64,000 nucleotides of DNA from Laetmonice hystrix (GCA_965235115.1 OZ249447.1:23994001-24058000), one strand, 5' to 3'. Positions 1 to 34,711 are shown, numbered from the stretch's first letter. Numbers and translations are program-made. Notes: a model not told the origin generated them from the letters alone.

Positions 1-1350
1 TACAAATGAAATTGTTTAAAAGCCCTGGGGTTGAAGCTATTAGGCCAGACAGCACCCTTCACCACAATGTCCAAAAGCTAACTAGTGTCCATGTCCCTGT
101 CAGGCAGTCAGAAATCAATCAGTAAGACTAGACTTATCCAAGGCTATAAAGAACTTCTGTAGCATTATAGGAAAACTGCGCCTCATACAAAATTTCCAGC
201 TGTACGTACCTATTAACATCTATGCAATATCCATCTTGTCAAAGATGCCATTCAACAGGGGAATCCCCTCCTGTGCGAGCGCATCACTGAGCAGGTCATA
301 CCCCTGGCTGGTTCCCTGCCGTTCACTGAAAATATCTCTGAGACGAGTCAGAAGCAGGGAACCAGCCAGGTCATACCAACGGCATGCCGTTTCAAAATGT
401 AAACTCTTTGGGTGGTAGAGTCCTATATCAGAGTCCTACTACTTCATTTTTCTCACATACGGGGGAGTGCATGATCATCATATTTATACATCATATAGCG
501 AGGGATGAAAGGTATCTCGTCATATATTCAGGATGGGCCTTTAAGTTAATCCCGTTTCGTTATAATAAAGCACTTGCACTGTAACCAGCCCTCTCCCTAG
601 TGACCGTGACCTTCTTAGGAAATCTATGAAGCATAACGTTTTTTGAAATGGCTGAATCAACACATTTTGATTTTATTGTACTATTTGAAGGCGTTTGAAT
701 GTTTCTCTGATCAATAACCTCAAATAACTTTACCGACCTACGAGAACCTGGCACAATGGTTTACTCAGGGTTCCATCACACGCATCGGGACAGTAATGAT
801 GGCCTTTAGAATCTGAGTGAAGGTTGTCTTGGTGATGATGGGTGCTTTGATGTAGCTCGACTCACAGAAATACATCATGTAACTTCATGCGACACTTTAA
901 ACACAAAAATCCAGACACACTCAAAAGCATACAAACTACAGAAAGCATGAAGGAGATCTTAATATCATTAATACATACAAAACACTAAACTTGTTTCACA
1001 CAGACAAATAAACATTATTATTACACCATGATGACCAATGAATCATAGCATAGCAAATCTATTACCATCATGGCTAGCATGGCCCTGCAGCGTGCTCAGC
1101 CCACAGCGACCCTTCTATTGATAGTGCAGGAGAAATGTTAGAGTACAGAGTGGTTAACAGAGGCAATGCTAACAAGCTGTGTCACGCTCTAAAACATTCT
1201 TTCAACATTTTCCTAATAAGCACAACAATGCCACCTGGTGTGGTGCTGCCCTGTGCTGCCACCTGTGATAAGACATGTTTGTTTCAACAGGTGTGCTGCA
1301 TATCATTTCGTACTATAATCATCTGCCACAACCAGGGGCTGGTAATGGTT

Positions 1351-4300
1351 TTACTCAAAATATCGATTCATGAGATTCATGTTGTAAATGACAGATCTCC
1401 TGTACTGATCTGTCAGGTGAGCATCCTGTGACGGTGCTGTAGGCTGTGGTGGTGGTGGAGCCCCTGGGAAATATTCAGGTGGCATGGCTCGGCTATCTAA
1501 TGGTGGCACCGTCTGGCCAAGTTTGCGAGAACTGAGAGGGTGATATTGCTTTTCCCCCATGAAGGGGTATGCTGGGGCTTGAGGGTACATTTGAGACCGT
1601 GTGTAATCTCGGTCGTGATACGCCCCCTGAGTGGAAGTTGTCTGTGGGATGAATGCTGCAGGGCTAGAGGCAAGGTGTTGGGGGCGGTACATAGCCTCAC
1701 GAGGGTAATAATACTTGTCAAGGCCAAGTGAAGGGTTCATTGGGTTCATACCCACCCGCCCAAACATGTCTGCTGGGGAAGGCGTTGTCTGCGACAGCGT
1801 CCTGTAATCGGGCATGTGACCTGTGTGACGGTATGCCTCCTCGTATGGTTTGGGTGTGCCACCTGGTGTTGTCATGTGGCGATTATATTGGGCTGGGTTC
1901 GCAGGGGGCTGAAAATGACGGCCGCTCATGTACATGCCTGTCATGTCAAAGTGTGTCAGGGCTGCTGGATCATTGATCGCGTCCCGAGGAGGCATGGCAA
2001 AACTGGAGGGAGCTCGTTTGTTGGGGTCCAAGTTGGCATACTCCTTTTCAGATGAGCTAAGGAAGAGGTCCTTGGCCAAGGGGCTCCCGCTGGAGAGGTC
2101 AGGGGTCATGGACAGGGGAGACGCTTGGGCCCAGTTACGGACCCGGTCGTCTTGGCCCATCCAGTGCTGCTGTGGAGGAGTGGGTGTCAGCAGTTCCTGG
2201 CCACTGTAACTCCTCCCCATGGCAGTCTCTGAGGCTCTTCTCAACAACTCGGCATTACTTCGCTGCAAAACTTGGAACCCTGAAGGCTGACCGGCCGGAG
2301 GTTGTGGGAAGCCTGTGGGTGCCTGGATGGACGGCGGTTGCTGGCAGCTGGTGTAGCGAGAGTCTAACGGAGGCTGAAGCCCAGCACAACCTGGTAAGTA
2401 CTGGCTGTAGAAGTCCCCTGTTAATGGTGGTCCACCAGTATTGTTTGTGCTACCACTACTTGCGCTGCTGTACGGAGTGCCCTCCTGGGTTCGGCCTACA
2501 AATGTACTAAGGGAACCAAGGATAGAGTCTCGACTTATGATCTCAGCATCTTTGGGCATGCTTGGTGCCATCTCAAAGTTCTTGTTGGGAGATTGGGGTT
2601 TCTCAGGGAGTGGAGCATCTTTACTGCTGTATCCACTATAAGATGAGCCTCTGATGACAGTGGCAGTGGCGGAGGAGAGGGGAGTGGAGGCAGGTTCCTG
2701 GCGTGAGGCTGCACGGTCAGGTAGCATGGGAGATATGTAAGGGTCTACAGGTGGTGGAGGAGCGATGGAATGGCGCGGCTGATCGTATTGTGGCAGCAGT
2801 TGTTCGGACTGTAGGGGACGTACATGAGCAACATTGCTCTGGTAGCGTGTGTCCAAGCTCGATGTGCACACCGTCTCCTCTTGAGGTCTTGACGCTGACG
2901 GTGGTGACATCACATCTTTCTGCTGGTGGTGATGTTGTTGTTGCTGCTGTTGATGATGATGGTGATAACTTTCCACATCGTGTTTTTCTTTAACTGGAGA
3001 CATGGGCATCTCGGACATGCTTTGGGGTTTGTCAACCAAGGGCGGTGGCATGGTAGCGTCATACGGCTCAGACTGAGGTGGGGGCTGTGGTGGCCCAGCC
3101 TCCATTGTGTCCTGGTAATGAGGCTGGTTATTGTGACCCATGCTGCCAACGCTGGCTACAGCCATAGCATCCTCGTACATCTCTTCATTGCTACTCTGCA
3201 TGACCCCACAGCCTGGCGTGGGAACCGAGGGCACCCCCTGGTGGCTATACATGTCACTAGGAGCAGCACTGTTCTCACTGCTGGATGGTCCGGACTCTAC
3301 ACTTTGTGGGTGATGCTGCTGCTGCTGCTGTTGTTGTTGTTGCTGTTGCTCTTGTTGCTGCATCATAATGACAGGCACTTCTGAAGACTGCTGCATTGCA
3401 CCTTTAGGTTGGGGTGGGTAGCCACTGTGTCCTTGGTGGTGTTGGTGTTGATGTTGTTGTTGTTGTTGCTGTTGATGCTGCTGCTGCTGTTGATGTTGCT
3501 GCTGTAATTGGCGATATTCTGCTTGTCTTTCCAGAGCATGTTCCTGTGACGAAGGAGGTGAAATATCTTCAACAAAGGCGCTATAGCTGTACAAGGTTGG
3601 GGAGTCCTGTGGCCTTGGTGGTAAGGAGATCTCTGGAACCTCCTCCTCCTCATCAGATATCGGCGATTCCAGTACACGGGTATCATGGCTGAATGCCACA
3701 GAATCCTCCTCGGTCTCCGGGACTGGGTCTGGCTGGTCCTCAACCTGTGCCAAACTCTCCTCAGGTCGATCATCCTGACCATCACTTCTAACACCATCCT
3801 GACTTGCTTCTGTGTGGCTTTCGTCAGTGGCCTTATCTGCCACTTCAGCTACAACTGGGACTGCTGCCACTGATTCCCGAGACTCTGGGTCTACTTCAGT
3901 TGCATCACTGTCAAACTCCTCCTCAGGCTCCTCCTCCTCCTCATCGTGCTCTTCTTCCTCACAGCTTTTACTTTCCTTGACTGCGCCGACAGGTCTTGGT
4001 ATTTCCTCTCCATTTTCTGTCTCCGTCTCTTCCCCTTCATCAGAATATTTATCCTCAATGTCTGTTGTCTGATTTTGTACTACATGCTCCTCCCCCATCG
4101 CCTCTTCGTCCTCGACCTCCTCCTGCGGCTCAGCAACCTGGGACTTTCTGACTTTTGCACTCTTTTTGTCTCCTTTTGGTGACTGAGAAATCTCAACTCT
4201 CCCTTTTGGTGACCTGCCTGGTGATTTGCGAGGTGACCTTGCTGCCCTTCCTGGAGACCTTGGGGAACTCCTGCCTGGTGATGCTGCCGGTGACCTCCCA

Positions 4301-7300
4301 GGGGACCCCGTTGATCGCCATGGAGACCGCCCCGGCGACCGCCCTCTTCCAACCTTTTTAGGTGTGGAATCTGGAGTCTTGACTAATGTTTTTCCAAACC
4401 TCTTCTCCTCCCCTGACTCCATGTCACTAGCAAGGGGACTATCAGAAAACTCATATGGATCAACTTCTGGGTCCACTTTGTCAGTCTTAGGGCCAGACAC
4501 AGCTGGAAGTCCTCCCTTTGGACTTGTTCCCCCCGCAGGTGACATTTTAGTTGCAACAGGTGTGCTCGCTGATGATTTTCCACTTAGAAGCTTTTTTTCT
4601 TTCTTAGCCTTTTGTGATTTATTTACATTCTTCTTAGGAACCTCAACAGGCTCAACCGAGTGTTCTGTCTTCTCTTTTGTTTCCTTTTCTTCTGTCTTTC
4701 TTTTCTTTGCCTTTGAAGACTTTTGGGTCTGTTTGCTGTCTTTCTTAGGGCGTTTCCTCTTTAAGGATTTTGCTGGTAAAGTTTCAGCCGTTTTTGCCTC
4801 AGCTTCATTCTTTACTGACTCTTCCACATCATCTTGTGTTTTCTTTTCTTCCTCCAATGCCTTCCGGTTCTCCTTGGCCCTCTCCTTCATCTGTTCTCTC
4901 AAAGCCTTCTGTTTTTGGAGTTCTGCAAATTCAGTTGGGTGATGCTTCTTCATATGCCACTGAAGAGAACTTTTCTGTCTGCAAGCAAAATCACACAGCT
5001 CGCACTTGACTGGCTTCTCGTTGGTGTGGAGTCGGTAATGAACCTTGAGGTTATCTCGATGTCGGAATGCCTTCCCACAGTCAGGCCAGTCACACTTGAA
5101 CTTGCGGTCCTCTGCAACGGGAATTGAGATCCTTTCTGCAACTGCCATAGACACATTTGATGTTTTAAAAATTCTACTTCTGGTCTTAACCTATCTTCTC
5201 TTTTGTGGTCATTATTAAAGGAAACTTGATAATGTTAAGTTATCCTAAAGTGCCCAATAACTAGAAAACTGGGTGACTGGGACTCGTCACTTTAAGTTAT
5301 TATAACATTCAAATTTGTCATGACATTATTTTGAATGCATAACATTATGGATCCATTATATTTTATAACTCAGAAGATGGCAATACAGGAGTTTCTCAAA
5401 ACTAGTTCACTCAAATCCCGCTATGCGCCACCACGGCTGAAAGCCCACTTTCCGCTAGTGAAACAAGTTTCCCTTATTTGGTATTCTTGTTGCATAGCAA
5501 ACCTTTCTGCCAAATGCTTTCATAATTCCCTCACTGTCCGGCCATGAAGCCATGGCTCCGGAAGAAGCAGCGACTGCAGACGACTCAGCACACATGCGCA
5601 GTGACTGGTGCCGCCGAGTGGGCTTTGCATGAACTAGTTTATGGAAACCCCCCTATTAAACCATGATAATTCGCACATTAGTGTGTCTTAAGATTCTGAG
5701 TCAGTCTGTTTGAACATAAAAGACATCTATTAAAACATTATTTACTAGTAGATGTCGAATACAGGGAAAAAATTGGTCCTGACCAGTTTTCAGTGATGAA
5801 AATCTACAGTGTACAAAATCTACACACAACAGAAGAAAAAAAAAAAAAGAAAAAAAGAGTTACAGCTCGGGGCGATACAACTCACCGTCAAATCAGTTAA
5901 CCACTGATGAAAGGGACATGATACGAATCGCGATACACAGGGCTCAGTACACATTTGATAACAAAAATTACCATTTTGAAGAAATTAATAAATTCCAAGT
6001 TCTGCACCATATTGCGTTTTAAAGAAATGACAGTAGAGCAACATCTGTAGACCTCAAAACTGGACAAATAGTACTTCTTTACAGTACAGAAAGTAAAGAA
6101 GCATAATATTGAATTGTATTGTAACGGTAGCCTCTGTATGATGATACGTATCATAGTGTGAGAAAATGTATCATCACAGCCCTAGTTACAACCTTATCTA
6201 ATACTACAGCACAACAGTTATATTTGTGACATCCTCTTTTGTGCATAGATCACCACCTATTTTGAATTTATGGGTGTAATCTACTTATTGGTCGTGTCTG
6301 GGGGCAGTCGTAGCTCTATACCTGAATGTGTTGCCTGGTGTCTCTGTAGATGGGAGTTCTTGAAGAACTTCTGGTCACAGCCAGGATGAGGGCATGGAAT
6401 GTTGCGTTCACCCATACCGTGTACCTCTTGTTGATGTGTGTTCAACTTGCCAGCTGTCTTGAATGCCTGACTACATCCATCCATTTCACACATGATTGCA
6501 CGATCCTGATGCGTCTTCATGTGGTCTACGAGGTAGCGCAGCAACTTGAAAGACTTCCCACACTGGCTGCACCTTTAAATATTGAAAACGCCCAAGAATT
6601 ACAATCACTTTAGTTGCCAAGTACCCAAGTCTCCACTAAAGAAGGGATATTTTCTTGGTAAAGGTTTGCCATAACAGCTTTAAAAGGTTGGTCATCAAGC
6701 CTAAAAGTACCCATGGCTATTTATTCATCCCACCTTTGTTTGCAATTTGGGCCTATGATTTATAATCATGAAGACCATAGTGGGATCATAGCTGGATTAC
6801 TTTCCTGCGACAGGGTAGAAACTTACGTGTGCTCGGTGTTCTCATTTGAGTGCAGTCTCTGGTGTTTTGCCAATCCCTCCCGCCCTGAGCAAACTTTACC
6901 ACATGTTTCACATGTCATCTCTTGGAGTGCTGCCTCGCCATGCAATGCTGCTATGTGCTTCTTTACGTTTACCTAAGACAGATGGACAGAAAAAGACAAG
7001 ATAGAACCAGCAAGGACACCAATCCTAAATAAACTTCCCTCACACAGCCTATAAAACCTTACTTTGTATACAACATTTTCCATCCATCAACCATCTGTAC
7101 AGCTCATTGTCATGATTGTTGTCCCATGGACCTGTTTTTTGTACCTGGAGTCAAAACTTACTGCTCAATCTCAAAAGCCATAAGCCTTTCAAGCTTATGC
7201 TTAGTTAGTGACCTTGAGCAGTAACTTTTGACTGGTTCCACCAAAAAACTGGTCCCTGGGCAGTTATTAACCCGCCAAAAAATCCATTGATGCTTACCTT

Positions 7301-9493
7301 ATAGTGACTTCTATACTCGCAAAATTCACAGGAAAATTCCTTCTGGATTGTTGTGTCATGCACTTTCATGTGCAACTTCAGTTGACAGGCAAACTTAACA
7401 TGTTTGCCACACTCTGGACAATTCAAGCCCTTTCCACCTGGTGAGGTGTCTTTATTTGGACTCTCTTCAAGTTCAACAGAGGGCAGGGTATCATCAGAAC
7501 TCAAAGTGTTTACTGCATCCCTTTCCAACTCAACACTTGGGTCCTTGAAGTCTTCAGTAGATTTACTTTCTGTTTTCTTTACAATAATGGCTCCATCACC
7601 TTTCTCTTTACTTTTCATGCCTTCAGGTGTCTTTTGCTCATGTGATTTTCTACCCTTTTTGCCCTTGTCTGGATGCTGTTCTTTTGTATGGGTATCCAGC
7701 TCTACCAATGTTTTGAAGACAGTCTCACATAGACCACATGTAAAAATACCATGTGTTCTTTCATGCTTGCGAATCTGGAATTTCCACTTGTTCCGATAGT
7801 CACACACACTACATTTAAAACGTTTAACACTCTGATCACCTTCACTTTTATCATTAGTCCTGCTGTTGTCATTAGCAGATTTTGCCCCAGCTGAGGTATT
7901 CTCGATACCTGAACAGTCAACTTCAGATGCACCTGTATTGACCTTTTGTGACACAGCTCTTTTACCATCACCTCCATCTGGCTGTAACTTTTCTGTGCCC
8001 TTATCCACCTCAAGCTTGATGTCCTGCAAGGAAGGTTTGTTTTCACTGTCTCCTTGGTCAACTCTCTCCTGGGAATTCATTTGTGCCTTCTTTTTTAATT
8101 TCTTAGGCTTCTTAGGTTTTCCTTCGGTAACTGTACCTTCTTTCACTTTAGATGCCTTATTTTTTTTCAATTTTGTTGACTTGGACTTCACAGACTGGAC
8201 ATCGGCTATCTTGATCATATCCACTGCTTGTTGGGAACCTTCATTTTCTTGGTTGCCATCTTCCAATGGAAGAATTTTTGCCTTTTTATTTTTCTTGGCC
8301 TTTGTTTTCTTTGGTGCACCTTCACCACCTTCTGTTGTTTTAGACTTATGGGACTTTGATGGCTTTTTGGACACTGGTGCATCTTTAATTTCTGAGTCTT
8401 TGAAGGAATCACTGTTCTTGATTTCAGAGGCACCTGCCTTACTTGCATCTTTCTTGCTCTTGGACCCTTTCGACTTTTTTGGTCTGGGAGGCTTTTCTTT
8501 TTCTGTCTTGGTTACTGTGTTAATGGACCCTGAATTTTTTTTGTCACCTGATTTCACGCTATCCTCAGAAGAAGGCCCAGGACCATCAGATATACTTTTG
8601 TCAGATTTACTTTTTTTCTTTCCTTTCTTGAGCTTTCGCACCTCAGACAGGGGCTGGTCACTGTCTTCAGTGTCATCAGACACAACCTTTACTTTAGCCT
8701 TTTTGGGTTTCTTTAATTTTTCAACATCATCCTTCTGAGAAGCTTTTTTCTTTCCCTGTTTGTTGGATGATTTCTCTTTGTGCTCAGATTTCCCTTTAGC
8801 AGTGTCACCTACCTCAGACTTACATGCCCGAGGAGAACTAGACCTCCTCTGTTGGGAAACGTTTTCGGCTTCTCTTTTTTCTTTTCCACTTGCTTCTTTC
8901 TTTACCCTTGGTTTTCTAGGTTTCTTGACCTTCTGACCATTCTCAGGTTCAGTGGCTTCTCCTTTGCTCACTTTTGTTTTCACACCCTTTGCAGTTTTCT
9001 TTGGAGCTTCACTGGGTGTAGCTTCTGGGGACATGGACTCCTCTACAGACTTATCTTCCTTTGAATCAGGAGGCACAGACTTTTCCTTATTCTCAGAGTC
9101 TGCTGAGAGTTCCAACTTTTCCTTTTCTGCAGCTGCACATTTTTCAATGCTGATCTCTAGTGTTGGAACAACTTGCTCTGACTCTTCCTTTTTTTCCACA
9201 GGGGCAGATTCGCATTCTCTAGTCTCACTTTGATCAGCATCCTTAGTCACTTCATCTAGCAACTCTGATCCCAACACATCCTGCTGGCCTTCCTCTAGTC
9301 TTAAAGGAGATTTTGAAGGTGTAGTTTTCCTGGACTTACTGTTAGGGGAATTGTCATCAAGCTGATTTTCAGGTTTCGATTTTTTGGCTTTTCGTACTGG
9401 TGTTTCAATCTCATCAGCCCTGACAACTTTCTTCCTCTTTCTTCCATACAGACTTATGTTAGGAAACTCTTCAATCTCTTTGAATTCATCCAT
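1351..9493 (-). CDS. C2H2 zinc-finger protein, ZFP91/ZNF653/ZNF692/ZNF276-like, about 2117 aa, 10 fingers, long low-complexity arms
   Basis: Exons 9493-7298, 6972-6827, 6572-6322 and 5111-1351 join in frame through GT-AG introns (6354 nt incl. stop). The last four fingers ([48 protein letters not shown]) match the ZFP91 finger series in order (CEMEGC, CPHPSC, AFKSSHNLAVHRMIH, CEICGFTCRQKASLNWHMKKH). An acceptor at 9613/9612 implies a further upstream exon, so the start codon is uncertain. Confidence 0.85.
5387..5654. mobile_element. Small non-autonomous inverted-repeat element (MITE-like) in the ZNF intron
   Basis: Imperfect terminal inverted repeats: AGGAGTTTCTCAAAACTAGTTCA at the left, TGAACTAGTTTATGGAAACCCCCCT at the right. 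Confidence 0.45.
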
Positions 9494-10716
9494 GATGAGC
9501 TTCTGGATTGTGTGGTCAAGAATTACTTGACCGTTGACTGATAAAATACTTCACATCTCAGGTAATGGTATGTGTGCTCTCCACACCTCACGTCCTGTCT
9601 TCAAATTAGCACCTGCACAAAAATAAGAACATGGTTACGTCATTTTCTATACCTTTTCATTTAAAAATAACATCAAGTAAGCTCAAATGCAAAGGTGTCA
9701 AAAGAGACTCGATTTTTGACTGACTTTATTTATCGATGCATCCAGTGATAAGATGTATCCACCAGCTTTGGGAGCCATTTCTTTTAAAAAAATGTGCTTC
9801 CAATGGAATAAATCGATGGTCAAAGAATGCTAATATTTTTCCCTCCAAAACTGCAAAACTATGAATGACAAACCTACAACTAGTGTTAGTGTTGTAATTT
9901 GTATTTTCAGTTTGTGAAGTAAAGCAACTGCCCCCAAGTTGGCAGGTGTGGTCTGCCAGGCAGGAGGCATGAACTCTCTTAACTGGACACATGTCATTAC
10001 ATAATGGGGGGGGGGGGGAGGGGTTACCGACTTGGCCAAAAATAAATACTGACTTTTGCCACCTGAGGGCCATGGTCTGTAGGCCGAGGATATCCATCTG
10101 GGAAGAGAAGCCCCTGCACTTCAGTCTATATCTCACACTACTATCTCCCCCTCCCCCAGACCCCCGCACACAAAAACAGCTGTCTCCATGTGTGGGAACA
10201 AGCAGGGCTTCAGATAATATTTTAAGGTGGGGAGTTTTTGACTCCCCCTCTTTTTTCAGGTTGCGTATTGTAGTACCCATCCTCAACAAGTATTGCGTAT
10301 TTGACTTCCAACTTTCAGCTGACCTGCATGTGTTTGCTAATGCTGGAAACAACTGAAACTGACAACTTATAGTATTTTTTAGTTGGCACCCTACTGGCAG
10401 GGTGCCAATGTGTCCAGCTGTTGGCACCCAGCTAGCGCTTGCTGACCACTGCAGACCATTAGAAGCCCCCCAACCATATTTGACGCTCAGTGCAGAAGGA
10501 CTCAGCTTATGGGAAGCTTTTATTACCTAATACTGAGGCGTTTTTGACGATAGGGTCTTCAAAATTACTGCGTATTTCCACCACTTCAGTGCATAAATAC
10601 GCAAATACGCACCTTATCTGAAGCCCTGAACAAGTGTGCCTCCCGCTTATAAAACGCAATTCCGCATGAACAATTTTTTTCCGTGGTCCCAAGTACTTTG
10701 TTTTAAACGGACTCCA

Positions 10717-11590
10717 CTGTACAGTCTTTTAGGCAGTTCCGAGAAGCGCTTTTGATATCCGCTACTGACAATCTTCAGGCATATCCTGGATATGTAAAAC
10801 GATGGTCGATCTGTCGAGCAATCATCCGTGTTTTATCCATATAAAGCTTAGAACTCGATGTCAATTCATTTGTTTGTGATTTTGGCCAGTTCCGATACAC
10901 TTCCGGTAGTTGCGAGAAACGCCATATCGTGAAAAGATGCCGGCGATCAGGGCCCGTTTCAAGATGTTATCATGCCATATTATGGGCCTGATAAACCACT
11001 ACATTATGGTAAATGAGCTTTTCTTTGTCAAACTTTTGATTTTTCATAGTAAGACAGACGAGTACGAGTACACCTACAAGCGCTGTGGATGTGGGCATCC
11101 ATCTTTGCATGTTACTTTGTATGTCACTAGATGGCGTGTAGATCTACGGTTCTACACGCCATCTAGGCATGACTTATCGCAACTACCTGAATTGCCACAC
11201 GAGCATTTATGCTGCTAATATTCTGGCACTACGTGTAAACATCATACAACTTTGCCAGTTTATTGAAGTGATATTTTCACTTCACCTTAGCAAAAAAGAA
11301 GGTTGAGCTCAGTTTGGTTTTGGAGAAATGGTGCCCCAATGTTCGAAGCTTCCGTTTTGCGTCAGCGCCCGCTAATGTGTGCCGTCCGCAACTGGATGTA
11401 ACCCGCTGTGTCACGCGAACACGGATGGCCCAAATATCGCGATTTTTTCATCAGACCCAGAAAATATGTAAGGCTTTACTACCCTGACATCAAATATGTG
11501 TCAGAATGAAATCTTTCAAAACTATGCCTGAGCGAATCTCACATTTCTCGCAACTACCTAATTCTCGGAACTGCCTAAAAGACTGTACAG
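10717..11590. mobile_element. Tc1/mariner-type MITE (about 870 bp)
   Basis: Perfect 29-bp inverted repeat CTGTACAGTCTTTTAGGCAGTTCCGAGAA (10717-10745) / TTCTCGGAACTGCCTAAAAGACTGTACAG (11562-11590), read as TA|CAGTC...GACTG|TA. Internal CGCAACTAC subterminal repeats; no transposase ORF. Confidence 0.7.
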
Positions 11591-12620
11591 ACTTTCAGGT
11601 CAGTGTGCAATCCCGAAACCACAGCCCAATCACTGCACCGTTTCCACAGATTCACTAGGCCTACACATGATGGGTTACCATGAATTTTAGTAATAACTTT
11701 AAAAGATAGTTTTTTTCCTGCTTGATTTGCAAAACTAGAACATGTAGATCTAAATATAATTCACATGTTCTACCCAATGGCAATGGCAATGCATTGAACA
11801 CCTTATGATGAGTTCACGTCGTGGCGTAATAGCATACCAAATGATCTATGCAGGTTCTAACAACAATCTCTCCCCGACAATATTCATGTTATGTTGCCCT
11901 GCCCCCGAATCCACACCCAGCATTAGCACAGCGCCCAACGAGCTCCGAAAGTCGGTCAGCAACCTGCATTTCTCCCCAAACCCACTTTGCAACCAAATAA
12001 ATAGCGAATGATCATGCTATACAACATACTTTGATTACGGAAAGAACAATAGTTTCAATTATAAGTATTTCTATACATCCATGAATAGAATAACTTTCTG
12101 CCTTATTCATTTATAAGGGAAATTTAGTACTATAAATTGCAGACAACTTACCATCTTTATTTGTCTGTCTGTGTGTCTGTGTTCAGAGTCATCCCGCAGA
12201 AAAATTATGAACCGGAGGAGGAAGACATGAAACAGCGAACACATTATGTGTATTTCCCGAAAGAGCAATAAGTAAGTTCCATTATGCGATTTAAAGTGTA
12301 TTAAGAGTCTGTTATGGAGACGTTTTACTTAAAATTGATAAAGTCTTTGAAAAGGAGGTCAAAAATCTCATTATTACATTAATCGTCAGATGGCACCACA
12401 TGTCACGTCGAATCACGCCGGGACACGGCATGTGGCTCAAAAGAAAATGTAAACTTGTCCAACTAGGGCCATATCGACTGGTTACTTGCCTGTGCATCTC
12501 ATGTTTTATTTATACATTTCTCAGAAATATCTGCGAGTAGACTATTATACTTCAGGTCCTGGGGCTAAGCGATTTTTGCAGTCAAGCGTACGACTTTCCG
12601 ATGACACGTCCGCCCAACTC

Positions 12621-12628
12621 TCACGTGA
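12621..12628. promoter_or_regulatory. Palindromic E-box TCACGTGA (CLEAR-like) just upstream of the WASHC4 ATG
   Basis: TCACGTGA ends 16 nt before the ATG at 12644. Confidence 0.35.
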
Positions 12629-12643
12629 TGTGGGTGTTTCAAC

Positions 12644-33204
<20,561 letters not shown>

Positions 33205-34521
33205 GTCGGATGACCAGTCTCTCTATCCTGATATCACGTCGTCAGTTTATACACAGACACATGCATGTGCCTTTAGAGATCGATTTCGTCGTTCTTCAGC
33301 ACGGAAATCTATAACTATACTTGTTTAAATATTAAGAACATTTAAGTAAAAGTACGCAAATTTAGGAATTTATATAATACAATTACCTGTAGGAATAATA
33401 CCTGGCACCTGAATGAACTCATAGCTATTTTCAGCATACAGTATCAATAGGATATTGATACTTACAACTATGTTCTTTTTGATGGCATAAAAGAATAAAC
33501 TTTTAACACTGTTTCTTACAATATTATTAAAAGTCCCTTTCATCATGAAAAAGTTACTCTTGCCTCTTGGTTAAGATAAACCCGCAGTAATTGATTTTAC
33601 CATAGGCTATATATTATATTGTGTTTTTTTTTCTTTTAAATTAACGTATGATTAAGGTATTTGATTTGTTTCTATGAAAATGTATAGTGAACATTTTCTC
33701 AAGTCTGGAACTGTATTGTTAACTTACCATACACGATATCATCAAATTCTGGTAATGTATTGTTGCGTCAAATGGATAAAACTCTGTGTACCATGCCTGA
33801 CAAGGCATAAATTAAACTGTTAAATGTGCACTGGAGTCGATTATGATATGGGGGGGGGGGGGGGGTTGGGGGGGGTTAGGATCTGAGTGCAGTATCAACG
33901 GCTGCTTACAGAGCATTCACCTGGACTACTGTATATGGTGTTTTATATCAGGAGGATGTCTGGTACAGATATCAGCAATTGTCAGGGCCGGATCCAGTGG
34001 CGGTGTAAAAATACAGATGCTGTCTACTTGCTTTGTGATTTCTTCTAACATTCTTTTTCATAGTTCAAAATTGGACTAGGAAATAAAAACTGCATCAAAC
34101 AAGTATTTTAATTTTTCCTTCTATGTTGCCACGACAACTTCCAATATGATGCCGATTCATCCCACAAGTTTCCTTTGTTAGAGTGGCTAAAGTGGCCGTT
34201 ACCATTTTCTGAACAGGCCCCCGCATAGGTTCTGACCAACTCGGGTTGTACAAGTTTGGGGAAGCTTCCCACATGCTTTTTTTCGACACAGGGGCATGGA
34301 TCTCTTTTTTTCTTCTTCTTTTTTTTTGGGGGGGGGGCTTTTTTTATATTATGACCTCTTTCCCCCTTCCAAAAACGTGAAACCGAACTGGGAGCAGAAT
34401 CCAAACCAGTCTATGGGTCTAGTGGAAAAAGTTAAAGGTCAATTAGTCCTAATATAGACTATGTCTTGATTCTGGAGAGCTTCGAAAGGTTATGGGAATG
34501 GCAAGGATCATGATTGTGATA

Positions 34522-34625
34522 TAGCCTGGTTCCCCTGCCCGCCGCTACGCTCCTGGGCGCTGATGGTCGCTTGCTCGTGACCATCAGCGCCAAGGAGCGG
34601 AGCGGCGGCCAGGAGAACCAGGCTA
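34522..34625. mobile_element. Palindromic MITE, TAGCCTGG...CCAGGCTA
   Basis: About 100-bp foldback with TA ends and a nearly perfect stem (GGCGCTGATGGTC/GACCATCAGCGCC). Confidence 0.75.
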
Positions 34626-34711
34626 GATGGTCATGTCATGTCGACACATTACACTCCGATAGATGTCGCTCCTATCGCAGTGGTTGGCGCGCCATCTAAT
34701 GATACGAGACG

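Noticed and set aside
1497-9233. Many alternative-frame and antisense ORFs over the ZNF exons (e.g. 4226-4942, 7866-8738)
   Set aside because: Shadows of low-complexity, codon-biased coding sequence; no recognisable motifs.
9551-9612. In-frame TGA 20 codons upstream of the ZNF ATG with an open frame on both sides (readthrough or selenocysteine idea)
   Set aside because: Only about 20 open codons precede it, which is expected by chance. No SECIS was identified; a 5'UTR or an alternative acceptor is the simpler explanation.
9726-10427. 233-aa minus-strand ORF
   Set aside because: No domain-like features; it runs through poly-G and repeat-like sequence in an intron or upstream region.
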